64,000 bases of DNA, taken from assembly GCA_012295275.1 (NCBI GenBank), contig CM022665.1, positions 39,432,001-39,496,000 of the forward strand, in the 5' to 3' direction. The stretch is from Chrysomallon squamiferum. Taxonomy: Eukaryota > Animalia > Mollusca. A program made the translations under genes and the position numbers. Positions 1 through 14,084 of this stretch are shown one piece after another (position 1 is the stretch's first letter; each line of letters begins with the position of its first letter). The notes under the pieces were generated by a model. It was not told the DNA's origin. It saw only the letters and a program-made list of their open reading frames with translations, and did not search any database.

Positions 1-660
1 AAAAAAAAATTTGGTGATGCCAATGAAGATAATTTTTGAAATCTAAATGTAAAAATTAATCTTTATTGTGGTTTCAAAGTACACAGTTGTAAAATAATTA
101 AATTCCTGAGATATTTTCATATATATATATTATTTTTTCAATCTATCACTAACCTTATTCTGCCAGTAACAAACAATATCGGTGATGACAGATTGTTTCT
201 GATATGTTCAACACATTTGTGTTTTTTTTCCAAATGCATTTATTAATCTGTCATTAATGTTAGTTTAATCAATGCTAAACTGAGTGACAAAAAAAGTTTA
301 ACTCTGCAAAATATTTATTTGTCAATACGTTATGACAGTGAAAGTTTTAAAAACATTGTTACCTGAAACTGTAATTTAATTCTTTTTTTCTCTCTCTTTT
401 TTTTAAAAAAAAAATAACATTTACTTAACAAATTGAAAGCTAAAATAATAAAATTTAACCATTTAAATTTTGTTGTATTTTAAAATAGATCTACGAAAAA
501 AAAGAAAAAAAACCACACACACACACACCTCACATAATTTCTTGACCATTATTTTTGTTATATTATTTGTTGTAGACTCTTTTAAAACATGGATTATTAA
601 CAAGTGTGCTAGGCCTCACAGTGTTTATATCACACATCAGGATTTTACTTCATCTATATA
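1..660. repeat. Copy A of a ~0.66-kb intronic direct duplication
   Basis: Aligns by eye, with scattered substitutions and indels, to 1262-1936 (e.g. ctaaccttattctgccagtaacaaacaatat and tatcacacatcaggattttacttcatctata occur in both). Confidence 0.93.
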
Positions 661-1261
661 TATGGATTTTTTTTTTTATATTTTTTTTTTTTTTTTTGGT
701 TTTTTTTTTTTGGTTACCTTTTTATTAACTGACATGTGTTAAATTATCTTAATATGTGAAACACATTTAAAGATTATTAACTTCCCTCCTCTCTCCATAA
801 ATAAATGTTAAGTGCTAGGCAAAAAAATAATAATTTTTTATTTTTGCTACACAAGTTCCTTTAAAGAAATATATATATATTTAATAGAGAAATAACAGGT
901 ATCAAATATACATTGAGTTATTTATATAATATACATTACAGGTTACTCTTTAAATAAACTAATTAGCTCGTGTACATTAACTTTTAATAAAACAAGATGA
1001 TATGTTGGTTTTTTATATATATATATATATATATCTAGGCTTGGAGTACTGTTTGAAACTGGAAAAAGTTCAATGAATGCACTCAGAAGGATGGATCCTA
1101 GAAAGGATTATTCTGAAAGCAACAGTTTTGTTCCAGCTCCTAAAGACATAATTAGATTGTTAAGATAACAGAAATGTAAAGAAAATAACTGTCAAACAAA
1201 AATAGTTTCTGTCAGATGTTTTACCTGAACAAGAGCTAAACACTTACAAAAATCCTGTAAT

Positions 1262-1936
1262 AAAAAAAAAAATTGTGATATCAATGAAGATAATTTTTGA
1301 AACCTGTATCAAAACTATTTAAGTAAAAATTAATCTTTATTAATTGTGGTTTCAAAGTTCACAGTTGTAAAATAATTAAATTTCTGAGATATTTTCATAT
1401 ATATTTTATTTTTTCAATCTATCACTAACCTTATTCTGCCAGTAACAAACAATATTGGTGATGACAGATTGCTTCTGATATTTTCAACACATTTGTGGTT
1501 TTTTCCAAATGCATTTATTAATCTGCCATTAATGTTAGTTTAATCAGTGCTAATTTGAGTGACAAAAAAAGTTTAACTCTGCAAAATATTTATTTGTCAA
1601 CATGTTATGACAGTGAAAGTTGTAAAAACATTGTTACCTGAAACTGTAATTCTTTTTTTCAATTTTTTTTTCAAAAACAATATTTAGCTATCAAATTGAA
1701 AGTTAGAATAATAAAATTAAAATGTTGGTGTATTAGAACCATTTAAATGTTGGTGTATTTTAAAATAGATCTACAAAAAAAAAAAAAAAAAAAAACACAA
1801 ATAAGCCTCACATAATTACTTCACCATTATTTTTGTTATATTATTTGTTGTAGACTCTTTTAAAACATGGATTATTAACAAGTGTGCTAGGACCCACAGT
1901 GTTTATATCACACATCAGGATTTTACTTCATCTATA
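1262..1936. repeat. Copy B of a ~0.66-kb intronic direct duplication
   Basis: Same sequence as 1-660, offset about 1.26-1.28 kb. Confidence 0.93.
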
Positions 1937-2170
1937 CAACAGTGGCTAAATTGTTATATATATTTTATTTTATTTGTTACTCTTTTATTATCTGATTTGT
2001 GGTATATTTGTGTTCAAAAGTAACTTGATATTTGTATTAATTTTGATGTCAGTAAAGCAGAAAAGCTTACACAAAAGTAATACGGATGTATACAACAGAT
2101 AAAGTCAAATTGAGAAAGATGATGTCAGAAAAACAGATCTTTTAAAATGGAAATCATTCTTGTTTTCAGT

Positions 2171-2223
<53 letters not shown>

Positions 2224-2847
2224 AAGATGATAGAGAAACTGAACAAAAAATATATATATTAAAAATTTAAATGCAAATGAGTAAACCATTTCAAAGGACA
2301 TGATTAACATGCACATATTTAATGATACTGCAAATTCTTTTTTCATAATCTTATGTTATTTTTTTATATTATTATGTAAAGATTATGTATGAACGTTGTA
2401 CAAACTGTTTACGAAAGTACTGAAGGAAAGTGAAGGTTCACTACAATCTGTTGCAAGCTGGAGCTACAACTACTGGAATCCCTGATTTTTACCAGCTTGT
2501 GGGAATTAAGACCAGAGCAGGGTAACATTTGCTGAGCTGCCATAAACACATCCAAAGCTTGAAATATGAATTATTAACAACAACTGCTGGCATGAACGAG
2601 ATTAATCTTATTAGTCTAGACTATGAATCAATAGCTAATGAAAAGGAAAAAAAAAAAAAAATGAACAGGAGGTAAATTTAGATGTATTCATGACATATTG
2701 TTTTATTAATACATATCACTGCCATTGACTGTCACACTGGGTAATAAAATGTAAACATAAAACCAGCTGCAGTCTTGTTTTATCAGACACACATATCTGT
2801 CTCAGATTTTCAATAGCAATTGTCACAAACTCACAAATAAAATCAAC

Positions 2848-2878
<31 letters not shown>

Positions 2879-3600
2879 AAAAAAAATGAAAATAAAAAAA
2901 GAAAAGACAAAATAAAAAGAAAGAAAGAAAAAACACTAAAAATTTCAACCACAGAAAACTTAAAGAAATACAAATATTTTTATTTGCCCTGTTTAACGTG
3001 AGAAATATACTGGAAGAAAAAAAAAAAAACCTATGTTTTTATATATACTGTGTATAGTACAGTTTAATGATCTGTTTATGTTCATGCAAAATTAATAATG
3101 TTAGCTTGCCACTTTGTCTAGTTCACTCAATTATTTACTACAGAATCAATAAAAATTAAAATGAAATAATAGGATGCTTAACAGTAACTGAAGAAATTTT
3201 AATATTAGTTGTTTCACATATATTAAGTAATGTATAAATGATTATAATTTATTAATAATCTTGTGCATGAAACTTGCAAAGGTCATTTAGTTGTACAAAA
3301 TTACTGTTTGCAGCAAAGAATCTTTTATAAGTATTTTTCTACCAGTGTTATATATAAACACATTTTTAACAGAATATCAAAATCATTTTTTTTTTTCTTT
3401 TTTTTTAAATCTAATTCCACTGTAAGTTCAATACTTGGCCATGCGACTTAAGACCTGGTTTGATGTGGTGGGTCACAGATTTGCATTCAAACTAGATTTA
3501 TGAGCAGTATTTAAAGACACCTGTTAATACATTTTTAAAAAAAAAACCCAAAAAGCCTGCAACAACAACAAAATAATGATTATAGACAGTAATATTTGGA

Positions 3601-3638
<38 letters not shown>

Positions 3639-4139
3639 CTAAGCATGAATAGGAATTATTTGTTCCCTCTTTCATAACATTCAGATTATTATTATTGTTG
3701 TTGTTGTTGTTGTTGTTATTATTCTGTTACTCTTATTTGAGAAATATAAAAATAAAAATAAAGTAAAAAAAAAGAAACCCAAAACATCCAATACACTAAA
3801 ACAAAATAAAAAATATAAATAATAAAAATTAAAACAAAATAACAGTGCAATACAAAACTAAAATTAAATTAAGTAAACAAAACATGTAATTTAGTACAGT
3901 TAATAACAAAATAAAATTAAATAATAAATAAATAAATAAATAATAAATAAATAAATATAATACAAATGCGTAAAATAATAAACAATTACAAACATTAGCG
4001 TAATACACTATAATACACTATAATAATATAAAAAATAAACTAAATAAATTAACAATATAACAGAAAGAAAACTGATGAAGGTTTTATTAAATTAAGAAAA
4101 TAAAATTGTAACAAAATAAATAAATAAGACAACAATTAA

Positions 4140-4546
<407 letters not shown>

Positions 4547-5028
4547 TTATCAGGAAATAAGACTTTGAAATCTCTACAGCTCATTGAAATGTCATTGCTG
4601 TAAGGCTTAAGATACAGAGTCGGCACCTAATACAAGAACCTTTCTAATAATAACTGCTGTGTTTCTGAGATGAAGATAAAACCAAATTAAAGATTTTTTT
4701 TTTTCCTTTTTTCTCTCTCTCTCTCTCTTGCATTTCTGCCATGTATAATATCTGAGTTAAGAATTCATCAGTGGTCTAAATTCCTTGACATTTCAGTAAC
4801 TGCTGCACTTCTGGGTCTGCAGGTAGTAATTACACACTGAGTGCAAGTTAATTACAGGGCTGTAGACTATTTTATACAGTAGCATGCAAAGGTTTCCTGT
4901 ATGATATAGATGTAAGAGCAAGAAAGAGAGAGAAAAAGAGAGAGGCAGGTACAAAGCAAGAGAAAAAGGTAGGGAGAGAGAGAGACACACACACACAAAG
5001 AAACAAAAACAAAGAAAAAGAGTGTAAG

Positions 5029-5071
<43 letters not shown>

Positions 5072-5244
5072 CAATGGTCTGATTAAAACAGAATCTAAAA
5101 TTGGGCTGACAAGCTGACTGACCATAATTTACAGATTATTAGTAGAATTTAATTAAAATAAAATTTATTAAACCAGTAATTAACCAGAATGGTAATCTAG
5201 AATAACAAAAAGAAAAGTAAGAAAATGAAGAAAATGTTACTTAC

Positions 5245-5313
5245 CTCCAGTTCCTAGCACTTTAAGTAGTTCAAAATCTTTGACTCCAACTTTATCCTTT
5301 CCTGTCATGTTCA
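5245..5313 (-). CDS. RPS6KA5: MSK kinase exon 2 (start of N-terminal kinase domain, G-loop)
   Basis: tttcag acceptor, gtaagt donor. Reads (V)NMTGKDKVGVKDFELLKVLGTG, like MSK1 KVGIENFELLKVLGTG. Confidence 0.96.
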
Positions 5314-8300
5314 CTGAAATCAAAAATTAAATATATCATTTCTGTATTAAAATTACCAATACACTGATATCTGATTTTGTTAGTTATTATCATCTATTTT
5401 ATGTTCAAAATATTTATCTTATTATTAAAGGGGGTAAAAAAATTAAAAATTGAAGCAAATGTTTAAAATAGGAATGTATGTATATAATACAATGTATGTG
5501 TGAAATTTATTTGTAAAACTTATGAATCACTGATGTTTAAATACTAGTATTTTTCTCAGATTATTCATTATTACCCTGAAAAATTAAAATGACTTTAGAC
5601 AAGTGCAATAAATAAGCTCAATTTTATCATGTAATATTTTGCAATAAAAAACTGATGTTGTGAATATTTTATATTTACTGATTTGTTCATTTTAGAATGT
5701 AGGAAAACTTTAATAACAAAATTTACATAAATAATGTTATTTTTACTTATAGTCTATGTATACTTAAAGGTGACAATATCAATGACGTTCTTTTGTGAAA
5801 GGTATAAAAAGTATTTTGTTTTTATTTTACATTTCAAGGGAGCAATATTCATCTTATAAACATGATGAATAAAATAAGGTAACTGAAACTGAATACCTTT
5901 GTAAAATTTAAAACAAACAGAACATGCTACTGCACATAGTTTTTAAAGTAAATAGTAACAGGTGAGAGGAAAGATTTGTTAGTAAGTAAGTGTTCCAAAT
6001 ACTAAGGATTTTCTGTCTTTCTAATAACATTTATTACTTTTTCATACATATACATATACAGTATTATCTTTCTGACATGTAAACAAGCAGCAACCACCTT
6101 CTCCCTCCCAAACCAAACTCACTGTCTCTGTCTCCGTCTCTATATCACTGTCTAACTTAACTATTTCTTTCCATCCTTTAAAAACATTCACATACAAATT
6201 TATGAAAAAACAAATCACTGATGCATGGACACATCTGAACAAATCACAGAAAGGCAGAGGATGGAAATATGAGAGTGCACAATAACCATTATCGGATGTC
6301 TGAAAGTATTTTATAGCCATAACATTCACCTGTTTAATTATGCATACATCACACAGAGGGTCACACACTCAGATGAAAATAAAATATTTCTTTGTAAATA
6401 TTTAAAGAATGGTGACAGAATTAGACAGTCTTTTAACAGTATGTTATTACAGCATCTGAAATAACTAGCAACATACTTAAGGTTAATACATAAGATAACC
6501 ACAGGCAAATTTTATATGAATACAAATACACCAATTCTTGCTGGGATAAAATAAAACAAAGCATACAGTACATACATTAAAAAAAAAAAAAAAATATGAA
6601 TGGATACACACTAGTATATAGCACAGGTTTATATTATCCTGTCTATACTATATATAAAACTGAGTACATCTTTTGACTATATGCATATATGCACATCTGT
6701 GTGCACAAGTGGATGTGTATATTACATGTGCACAAACATAATGTAGGTATACATATTTGTAGGTATACATATTTGTTTGTAAGCATAAGTAATAAAAGTG
6801 CAAGTGGATATGGCTGTATTTTTAGAACCCAGATATGCTGATGTCACATTAAATATAACAGCTGATAAACAGTATGGACTATATCAAGCAAATAATCAGA
6901 TATAAATCTGGGTAACAGGATATACTATTCTACACATACTTTGTGTTCCTATATACATACATTCTTATATACATACAGAAACATGGGCACATTTTTAGGC
7001 CAATGAAGAACAAGAGTTTTTACATGCACTTCAATCTGCAGTTGTCAATGATGTTGAAAATGTATGAAATAATTTAATGAAAGTTACAATACATTTTGAA
7101 GCTTAAATATTATATACAACAAATTGGTGTAATCAAGTTTAAAAATTAATTAAAAATTGTTTTCTCCAAAATTAAAAAATTAAAGTTTATAATTAAAACC
7201 GACTGTGGATAATGCTTTTATTTCAAATATTTATGTAATTTTAAATGAGCTGTGGGTGGAATCTAAACCATTCCTTAACTTTTACTTAAAATACTTTCAC
7301 TCACTTCAAGATGGCTGCACAAACAATGTGATGTATACCACTGTTCCATAAGAAAGTTTTTCTTAATGTAAAGACTGTTTGGTGTGATATACATACTGAC
7401 AAATTATTTATGTTACAAACTGTAAAATATGAAGTTATGGTGTTGCTGGGAAGCTCGGAAAAGATTTTTTTTTTTTTTTTTTAAATTACTCTCAACATTT
7501 CGAGAATGCATCAAGCATACACCCCTTTCTCTTTGCCAATTCTTCAGTTTTTATAATGAGTTTCTATCCATCTCCATTTTGAAAATCATTTGATTGAAAT
7601 TAGTCAAGTCAAGTAAAATTTTAATAAAATTTTGAAAAAAATGATATTCTTAATTCACTGAGATACAGTTGGTTTTTAAGGACCAATTTTATTATTATTA
7701 TTATTATTATAATTATATATTTTTTTTATTTTTGAAATTCTTTCTCTGTTTTTTCTCACGTACATGGAGAAAGCTGCTTTTTATGCTAAGCATACTATAT
7801 ATACATACATTCATATTTATATACATAAAAACATAAATATATATATAGTGCATAAATTATTAACATAAAAACACAAAATATATTTCTATTTACATATAAA
7901 GTAAACAAGTACCTTTCGAATTTTTAAAGAGATATTAATAATTACTTACATCACCAGTAATGTTTCTGGATATTCATTCATTCGTAAAATTAACAATGAT
8001 ATAGCTAATGCTTTATCAACTAATGCTTTTTTTGATAACAATTTGTCTCAGGGTTGTTTATATAACTAATCTGATGATATCATTTGTTTTTATCACTGCA
8101 GTATGACAGACATGTATGTACATAAAACAAAAATGAAACATAAATAAAGTGTAACTGGTGCAGGCTGTTACTTTTCTTTTACAGACAAAGCATAAAGATT
8201 ACACACATCCACTCATTGTATAATGGAAAACAAATGAATTAAACTAGTTTTCCTAAGAGATAAAATGAAATGAAATAAAAGAAAAGAAAAAGAAAAATGA

Positions 8301-10825
8301 AGAGAAAAGAAAATGAAACAGAATCAACTAAACCGAAAACGAAATAAAAGAATAATAAAATAAAATAATATAAAACATAACATAACATAATGTAAAAAAA
8401 TAAAATAAAATAAAATGTAAATAATAGTAAAAATAATAAAAAAGTAAAAAAGCTTTCCTTCTTCAGTTTTGAAGAGCTAATTATTATCTGGTTTTTTCAC
8501 TGACAATGTGTTGACAATTTCGTATTGTGGTTAAGTTAAATCTGATTTAAAATCCTGAAAATCAGTTTTAGTACTGCTACTCATGTTTTTTCAAGCCATC
8601 TGATTATTCTAAAACTTAAAGTTTTCTGTTTTGTTACTTTTCTACTATTTTTGTGATTGTATAAAAATAAAATGAAGAATAACCGCACCCCAGGATTGAA
8701 TTTAAAAAAAAAAAAAGATAGAAAAAGAAATCATCTAGAAGCTAATACTTATGAAGATTAAATTAACACTTTGACACCTGATGTCAGAGAGGAAACAGCT
8801 GTTGTTGTTAATCTTACTGATGTGTTTTGACAGGTAGAGTAAAATTAATGTTCTGATAGTTACCAACTTAAAAGATGCCTACCATGGCCATATTATCAGC
8901 ATTAATATTTTAAATCAGTTTCAAACTTTCAGAATATAATTATTCCATTTCAGGATTCCCCTATATTTTCAAAATGTTTTAAAAATAAGAATTTAAATGA
9001 CACAACTTATTAATACAGTTATAAATTTGGTGTAAAAAGGGAATATGTCATATAAATTGATTGGAGGTTTTGTATCCTTGTGTGGAATAGGTTTCTCTAA
9101 TTAAGAACCATGATTAGGAAATGGTGTGTGTTTGTGTGTGTGTCTGTGTGTTTTTGTACATGTGCATGCGTGTGTGTACATGTGGCAACCAGAGTACATT
9201 TTGTTGTTTGCTGTATTCAGCTGTAAATAACATATCATTAAACATTGTTTCCTCAAAATCTCAACAAGTGTATAGAATCTGTAAAACTGTGATCTTGATG
9301 TATAACCAGAACATGATATAGTGACAAACAACATGTTTATAGATACATGACAAGAATGATAAAATACACTGCACTGGATAGCAACTACTGGATAAATAAA
9401 GAATTGTAGAGAAAGATGGAGTGAGAAAAATGAGAAAAAGAGACAAATATAAATGATAAAATACATTGCAATAAATAAGAATTATAGAGAGAGTGATAAT
9501 GAGAAAGACAGAGACAACATTAGAGACAGTAAGAAAGACAGTGAGTAAGAGAGAGGAAGAGAAATGAATGATAAAATTTACATTAAAAGATAGTAGATAA
9601 ATTTAAAAAAAAAAAAAAAAAAGTACAGATACTATACAGAAAGGAGACAGATAAGGTGCAGGAAATGTAAGAGAGAAAACAGATTAATAAAAGGAGAGAA
9701 AAGTAGAATATATTGGCATTAAGCATGCAAAGTTACACTTTACAAAACAAAGCCATTATCATACAGTCACCTCTAGTTTGCAGATGCAAGAACTGTTTTT
9801 AAATACATGATTTAGATTTGACTTTACATTATCATGAAGAATGTTTTCACAATGAAAAAAAACACAGAACAAAATGACCAATATTAACAAGAAAGCTTTC
9901 AGTTTTGGTAACAATTTCAGACATGCATTCAGTGTCCAGTTATGCTGAATATGATACTAGCTTTGTTAACTGAGACACATAAGACATAATGAAACTGAAA
10001 ACATTTGTGATGCTGTCACAACACACTGAATATAACCATTTATGCAACACTAGTCACTTGTACACACATTCAGTGCACAAAGAAATTTAAATAAATGTTA
10101 TTAATTTTAAATTCATTAAATTGCTTGTTTTGACTATTGTCACTGGTTAGTGGTGAACTTAAAAACAAAAACAAAAAAACAAAATACATTCATTCAGTAA
10201 AGAAAGAACATTAACTATCCCAATTTTAGAGGTTTATTTTTTCAAATGATTCATAGATGTTATTACTAGTTCAATATGCTTCAGCCAAAAATGAGGCACA
10301 TGATAAAATATATGTGGGTGGGTGTCTGTATGTGTATATATAAAGATTAAAAATTATATATATTTGCTGAGAACTTAAAAACACATATTTTTCAAACTAT
10401 ACTAATAAACCGTTGTTGTGTAACTATTTACATTTCAGTGAAAACACCAAATGTTATGTATAATCTGTATGTGAATCTATACCTATATATATACAATAGT
10501 ATTAAATTTTGATAATATTTAACAGCTGTTTTTTATTTAAATGATTTAGAATTTATGTAAAAGCATTTTAGAAGTCAAATTTTAACATCAATAAAATAAA
10601 ACAAAGATACAAATACCCTGCCATTTAAACACACAGCACAAAATATATACACAACTATTCCTCAACACATATATATACATTGCAGAATGTATGTACTTCA
10701 TCACATACACAGACTTATACTACAAAACAAAGCTAAAAACACTGAAATGCAGTCTACATACAATACATACAGACAAATCTACGTGCACACACGTTTTATA
10801 CAATACACTACATAGGCCTACATAG

Positions 10826-10868
<43 letters not shown>

Positions 10869-11302
10869 CATACATACCCAATATAATACACAACAGATAT
10901 CCAAAGAATAACATACAACAGACATAATTATTTATCTACTTACATTTTAAAAATAAAAACAGAAACACTGACAAGGAAAATACACTGCATTACCTATGAC
11001 ACCAAGGAAGTCTATTCCATCAATCATAATATTCACACAGTTGCTTGGCTTTTCTTTTTTTTTTTCTTTCTATTTTTTCTGTATTAATATAGTTATACAA
11101 TCTGGAATGATAACCACACACACACGTTGCAGTTCACCAGACTTTGCCTGAGCTATATCGGCTCATAGCTGTCTGAACAACATAATTTATCAGCCACTTC
11201 AACAGTTTTTAAACTGAAGCTTTAAAACAAAAACAGTCTCTGTTCAGAAGATCAATTATTACGCCGCATAAATCTGCATACTGATCAAACCTTCATGTGT
11301 AT

Positions 11303-11339
<37 letters not shown>

Positions 11340-13375
11340 ATGAATGAATGAATGAATGAATGAATAAAAAAATAAATGAACAAATAAATAAATAATAAAA
11401 GAATAAATAAATGATAAAAGAATAAATATATAAATGAAATGAATGAATAAATAAATAAATAAATATTCACAATATATGCACCACTAATCTTGACGACCAT
11501 GTACGGAGGGGTGGGGGACTGGGGTTGCTTTGTTGGTGCAAACACACTTGATCCACAGCTGTTGTTACCCTGTGTGCAATTAAGTCAGGGTTTTCATTGT
11601 CTTGCCTTATTTATAAGTGCAACAGCTTGTGATGTCATCCCCGTTATTTACACCTGCAGTAGCAGGTAACTGATTGCTTCACAGGAAAGTGAAAGTGCTT
11701 ATGAAGGTGTTCCTGAGAGATCAATGATGAAGAAGCTGTTCCAGGGTATTTGGGATTATCTCAGTTATTTCTGCACCTCGGTAGGTGAGATTTTAACCTC
11801 GAGGTGACTTCAGGTACTCAATGTTTCAAACATTTTTCTGTCTTACGAAATTTAATGTAATAATAATAATAATAATAATAATATGTAACTGAAAATGCCA
11901 CCACTTGTTTAAGTTGATGATAGTAATAACAATAAAAAGACTTTGTTGATGATACTAATAATAATGATGATAATTATACTGATTATTATTATTATTATTA
12001 TTATTAACCAGTTGAAATTAGAAGTGACTACAATTTAACTACAACTTTTTTAGTTTATTAAACTGTTGTTGTTGTTTTTTTAAATCAAATAAAGCCAACA
12101 AGTGTCACTGTAAAGCTACTATTATTTTTAAACAATGGCAACACTATTTTGCATTATCAAAATTTAATAACAAATATTTTTTTTTTAACCATCATCCATA
12201 TATATATAAATATATATGAATTAAAATAATAATTATAAATTTGTATAATATAAAAATAGTATCCTGTATATTAGTGATGTGTACATACAAGAGCATATAC
12301 TTTCATTAAATTACAGTATTGTGGATTATATTTAGCCTAGGTTAGGTAAACATTTGATAGAAATCTGTACCAGCAATATATGCTTTTGGAAACAATGAAA
12401 ATCAAATGTTTGAAAATTAAATTATATGCTGTCTATGAAAAAAATAAATAAAGATAAAAATTTAAATAAATGTATTTAAAATAAAATAATAATAATAATA
12501 AAAATTGAATAGAAACCTATTCACCACAATAAATCAAACAGTACTTACATTAAACAGTTTAACTACCTCAATTCATTAATTTTCATTTTAAAGTCAATTT
12601 TGTACATTTAACCACATTGATAATCCGCAGTGTTAACTAACAACATGTGTTGTCAGTGTTTTCCCAGTTCATACACAAAAAAAAAAGATTTAGTAATACA
12701 CAGGGTAACCTATAAATAGAACTGGGAATGTCAATACATTTAGTTATTTTGTGACTGCTTATAATTAGAAATGACTGCAAAATTTCAGTTTCACAGTTGG
12801 TTTCAGATTTTCTAAATAAATAAATAAATAAGTATGCAAGTAAAAATGTAAAAATGAAAATAAATAAATAAACAAAAAATAAAATCTACTCCCAAAGCCC
12901 TATGACTTGGGTGCTGGGTTTATAAAAGCCACAGTTAGTCGTCTTGCTTAGAATCCACGAGACACTTCAGTGACAAGGAAAAACATTGGGTAAGTCTTGC
13001 ATACATCAAGACAGGTCAAGGCATATCTAGGTCAACAAGGGTCATTACTTGTGAATTGTTTGTAAGCTATTTATGTCCTCTCTGTGTACAGCAACTTATA
13101 TCATGTCTGAAACTCTTGGGAAATTTTCGGAACACCTACTGGGATTTGTGACTTTTTCAAAATACATGCGCATACACATATACATACATATGTATCAATA
13201 TGTGAAGACAAGAATACATACACAATTTATATGAACATATGCATGTAGTTACTATTTCTTCTCATATATTTTCTCACACATATCTACATACTTAAATACT
13301 TACAAATACTTATATACATATGTACAAACCTCTCTTACATTATCTATACCCATGTCCATCTTTATACCAATGAGT

Positions 13376-13410
<35 letters not shown>

Positions 13411-14044
13411 TACACAATCTTTCTCACTCTTTCAAACTAAAGCACACACACACACACACAAACAAATAATTGTACACTTATCCATATACATGGTCACACA
13501 AGCATAAAAACACTATATACACTAGTCCCAACATAAAATTACTTTCAGCTGTACAGATAGGTAGTGTCACAACAGTGTGAAATGATACATTTGAAACACA
13601 CCAGAGAAAGACACATGAGAAAATATATGGACACACATTAAAATAGTAACAGTTCTCAAAATAGTTTCATTTTTGTTCCGACAAGAAACAAATTAAACAA
13701 TTTTATAACAACAATAGTTTGAGTTTTTTTCTTTCTTTCTTTTATGTACTTTATATCCATCCATTTGGACTTACTACCATATTTTAATTTTGTTACAAAA
13801 CACTGCTGTTATATTGTATAAACCAGCTACAGGTTTTTTTTGTAAAATCAAGCAGAGAACAAGAAAACTTTCTTTGGCTTTTTAACAGACAGTTGCACAA
13901 TTATTCATAATTTGTTTTGTGCAGAGCGTTGCATTACATTCTTGTAGACTGTCAGATAGAGGTTCAAAATCATACACCTTAAACAAATATATATATATAT
14001 ATATACGTATGTACATATGTATATCTGTATATCTGTATGTATAC

Positions 14045-14084
<40 letters not shown>

